DNA of 64,000 bases, from positions 134,111-198,110 of the forward strand of contig JBAZZB010000001.1 in NCBI GenBank assembly GCA_041659045.1. Reading direction: 5' to 3'. This DNA is from Patescibacteria group bacterium. Its GTDB lineage: Bacteria; Patescibacteriota; Patescibacteriia; SG8-24; DYFX01. Shown piece after piece: positions 62,070 through 64,000 of the stretch; positions within the stretch are counted from its first letter, which is position 1; the number at the start of each line of letters is the position of its first letter. The notes under the pieces were generated by a model. It was not told the origin of the DNA, did no database searches, and saw only the letters and a list, made by a program, of their open reading frames with translations. The translations under genes were made by a program, and so were the position numbers.

Positions 62070-63197
62070 ATGATCGGACAGCGAAGCGAGCCGGCGACCT
62101 TGCCGGACGATCCAGAAGAGCTCAAGAAGCTCCTGTTGGCCGAACGGGCATCACACGATGCGTCGAAGCAGGAAATCAGCCGTATGACGGCCGAGTATTG
62201 GGAGCATGCTATGAATGGCATGGTTGCCAAGGGACTCAAGGCCGCGACGTTCCTGGCACATCCGCACGGCAAGATCTTGCGCTGCAGCGATGCAGCGGAA
62301 CTCTGCGGTTCGGAGGAGGAGATGGGTGGCAGCGTCTACTCGGTCATCTTCGATCGTCTGCGCGATCCCCGTGACTTCTACGCGTCCTCGAGTGAGGACA
62401 CGGGCGTTCATCGGGTGCCGAGACTTTTCAGCGAAGAGCTTCGCAACGAGCTCGGAAAAGCGTTGAAGACGGAACCGCCGGCACGCGGTCGTTCCAGACG
62501 GCGCACGATCCAGACGTTGTTTAGCCGCACGGAAGTGGCGGTGCTCGACTCGCCCTCGAAGGGTCCGATCGACGTGATGGTCTCGATTGCGTACGGTCTC
62601 GACCACAACGAGCACGAGTGGTTGCACGTCTCGCTCATCGACGTCGATGCGGTGAGCTGTGATCCGCTCACGGGTCTGCGATACGTGAAGACGCTCATGC
62701 GTTCGGTGTCGCGCGATATCGCGGAGTGTGAACGCGCTCAGCATGGCGGTACGCCATGCGTGCCGGTCTCGGTGATCTTGTTTGACGGCGATGGCCTGAA
62801 GAAGGTGAACGACACCTATGGGCACTACGCCGGCAACCAGGTGATCCAAGCGATGTCGCGCCGCGCGAGCCGTTTCTTCTCGCGTCCAAGCGATCTGCTC
62901 ACGAGGCAGGGTGGCGACGAGTTTGCCGCCAAGCTGATCGCGGGAGCGGAGGCGGCGCTCGCACACGGTGAGAAGATCCGTAAGGCGGTCGGTGGCGCAC
63001 CGATTCCCGTGCGACTTTCTCCTGACGATGACGAGAGAATCATGCTCGACATGACGATCTCGGTCGGTGTCGCGACCTACGAGGCTGGGCTCACGGCTGA
63101 AGCGCTTGTCGCGCGCGCCGACCAGGCGCTCTATCACGCGAAGCGCAGCGGTCGCAACCGCACCTCGGACAAGATCTCGGCTCTCGTGAAGCCATAA
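62070..63197 (+). CDS. GGDEF-domain diguanylate cyclase with N-terminal sensor region
   Basis: AAGGAGG RBS; C-terminal GGDEF domain with ...DGDGLKKVNDTYGH... and RQGGDEF. Confidence 0.8.
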   Translation: MIGQRSEPATLPDDPEELKKLLLAERASHDASKQEISRMTAEYWEHAMNGMVAKGLKAATFLAHPHGKILRCSDAAELCGSEEEMGGSVYSVIFDRLRDPRDFYASSSEDTGVHRVPRLFSEELRNELGKALKTEPPARGRSRRRTIQTLFSRTEVAVLDSPSKGPIDVMVSIAYGLDHNEHEWLHVSLIDVDAVSCDPLTGLRYVKTLMRSVSRDIAECERAQHGGTPCVPVSVILFDGDGLKKVNDTYGHYAGNQVIQAMSRRASRFFSRPSDLLTRQGGDEFAAKLIAGAEAALAHGEKIRKAVGGAPIPVRLSPDDDERIMLDMTISVGVATYEAGLTAEALVARADQALYHAKRSGRNRTSDKISALVKP

Positions 63198-63203
63198 CGC
63201 ACA

Positions 63204-63232
63204 ACCCTGCACCATCCGGTGCAGGGTCTTTT
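63204..63232. terminator. Bidirectional terminator built from a fourth copy of the 22-nt REP-like palindrome
   Basis: ACCCTGCACC-atcc-GGTGCAGGGT followed by CTTTT. It is nearly identical to H2 at 11633-11654 (ccctgAacc-atGc-ggtTcaggg), with a compensatory stem change. Confidence 0.75.
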
Positions 63233-64000
63233 CATTTGTTGCGGTTTCGTTTTGCGAGATCAAGCGTTTTCTTGAGCAACATTGCCACAGTCATGGGGCC
63301 GACGCCTCCGGGAACGGGCGTAACTGCGGAGGCGACTCCTGCTAGGCTCTCCGCGTCCGCGTCGCCGACGGTTTTTTCGTCAACGCGCGTGGTACCGACA
63401 TCGATCACGATCGCGCCCTGCTTGAGCATCTTCGCCGTAAGCGAGCCGGGCTTTCCAACCGCCGTCACAACGACGTCGGCCGCGTTCACGTCCTCTGTCG
63501 GTTCAAGTCCTCGGCGCGAAAGCATTGTTTCAAGCGGTACAGAGAAGATGGCGCTATTGGCAAGCACACAGGCAAGGCCGTGATCCGGCGTGGCGACGGT
63601 ATCGAGTAAAAGAGAAATTGCTTCGATGAGACCGGGTGCCTCGCCTGTACCTTCAAGATAGGCGCGTAGGTTTTCAGGATGAAAACCATCGACATCCTTG
63701 CGAGGGGCGATTGCGTTCATAATCGCGTCCGTATCGAGGTGTGGAGGGAGCGGCAATTGCACGAGCATTGCGTCAATGTCGTCGCGGTGATTGAAAGCTT
63801 CGACGGCGTGCATTACATCCTCTTGCGAAGCGTCTGCGGGAAACACGCTGAGTTCAAAAAGAATACCTACGGCGGCGCAGGCTTTTTCTTTCAAGCCGAC
63901 GTACAGCCGTGAAGCGGGGTCGTCACCAACAAGGATAACGCCCAAACCGGGCCGTGCGCCGAGGCGAGCGACCTCTTCAGTGACCATGGTTCGGATGTGT
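63232..64000 (-). CDS. folD: Bifunctional methylenetetrahydrofolate dehydrogenase/cyclohydrolase FolD (N-terminal residues continue beyond the window end)
   Basis: ...PGLGVILVGDDPASRLYVGLKEKA..., ...PHLD...IAPRKDVDGFHPENL..., ...VVTAVGKPG..., ...PVPGGVGPMTVAMLL..., all canonical. The reading frame is open to the window edge. Confidence 0.85.
   Translation of the reverse strand, partial: HIRTMVTEEVARLGARPGLGVILVGDDPASRLYVGLKEKACAAVGILFELSVFPADASQEDVMHAVEAFNHRDDIDAMLVQLPLPPHLDTDAIMNAIAPRKDVDGFHPENLRAYLEGTGEAPGLIEAISLLLDTVATPDHGLACVLANSAIFSVPLETMLSRRGLEPTEDVNAADVVVTAVGKPGSLTAKMLKQGAIVIDVGTTRVDEKTVGDADAESLAGVASAVTPVPGGVGPMTVAMLLKKTLDLAKRNRNK

Overview
This 64 kb window is chromosomal DNA of roughly 60% GC from what looks like a small-genome, probably anaerobic bacterium (class III ribonucleotide reductase nrdDG; many tiny membrane and lipoprotein genes). 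It is gene dense on both strands. Recognisable content: cell wall and division genes (murD, a MurE-like ligase, ftsB-like, ftsE/ftsX, a terminated mraZ-rsmH-ftsL block with GTGGG MraZ boxes, an MraY/WecA-family GT4); DNA repair (uvrB-uvrA...uvrC clustered, umuD-umuC, recR, mutT-like NUDIX); dnaB-ybaB-recR; nrdD/nrdG; an ECF sigma/anti-sigma pair; CoA genes (type II pantothenate kinase, coaB); mgtE, a VIT transporter, mscL, msrB, gpsA, folD (truncated by the window end), rplU; tRNA-Gly(CCC), tRNA-Thr(CGU) and tRNA-Gln(UUG). Many intrinsic terminators and a few sigma70-like promoters are visible. Features not explained by ordinary annotation: (1) a GC3-rich island at 37.6-40.9 kb with 5-6 small secreted/membrane protein genes, entered by a strong TTGACA promoter and containing two copies of a ~47 nt double-hairpin element that carries compensatory base changes; (2) a family of 22-nt REP-like palindromes (three in tandem 3' of tRNA-Gln, a fourth acting as a terminator at 63.2 kb) with stem covariation; (3) a near-perfect 26-nt palindrome present twice, once abutting the -35 region of umuDC and once abutting tRNA-Gly, which is a candidate operator; (4) a doubly frameshifted secreted-protein gene whose C-terminal domain is paralogous to that of an intact M23 peptidase; (5) extended -10 boxes (TGnTAT...) 6-9 nt upstream of the start codons of ftsE, the VIT gene and uvrC, suggesting leaderless mRNAs; (6) a two-gene GC-rich cassette inserted between uvrA and a short UvrC that lacks the C-terminal HhH domain. 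No CRISPR array, rRNA, integrase or transposase was found.
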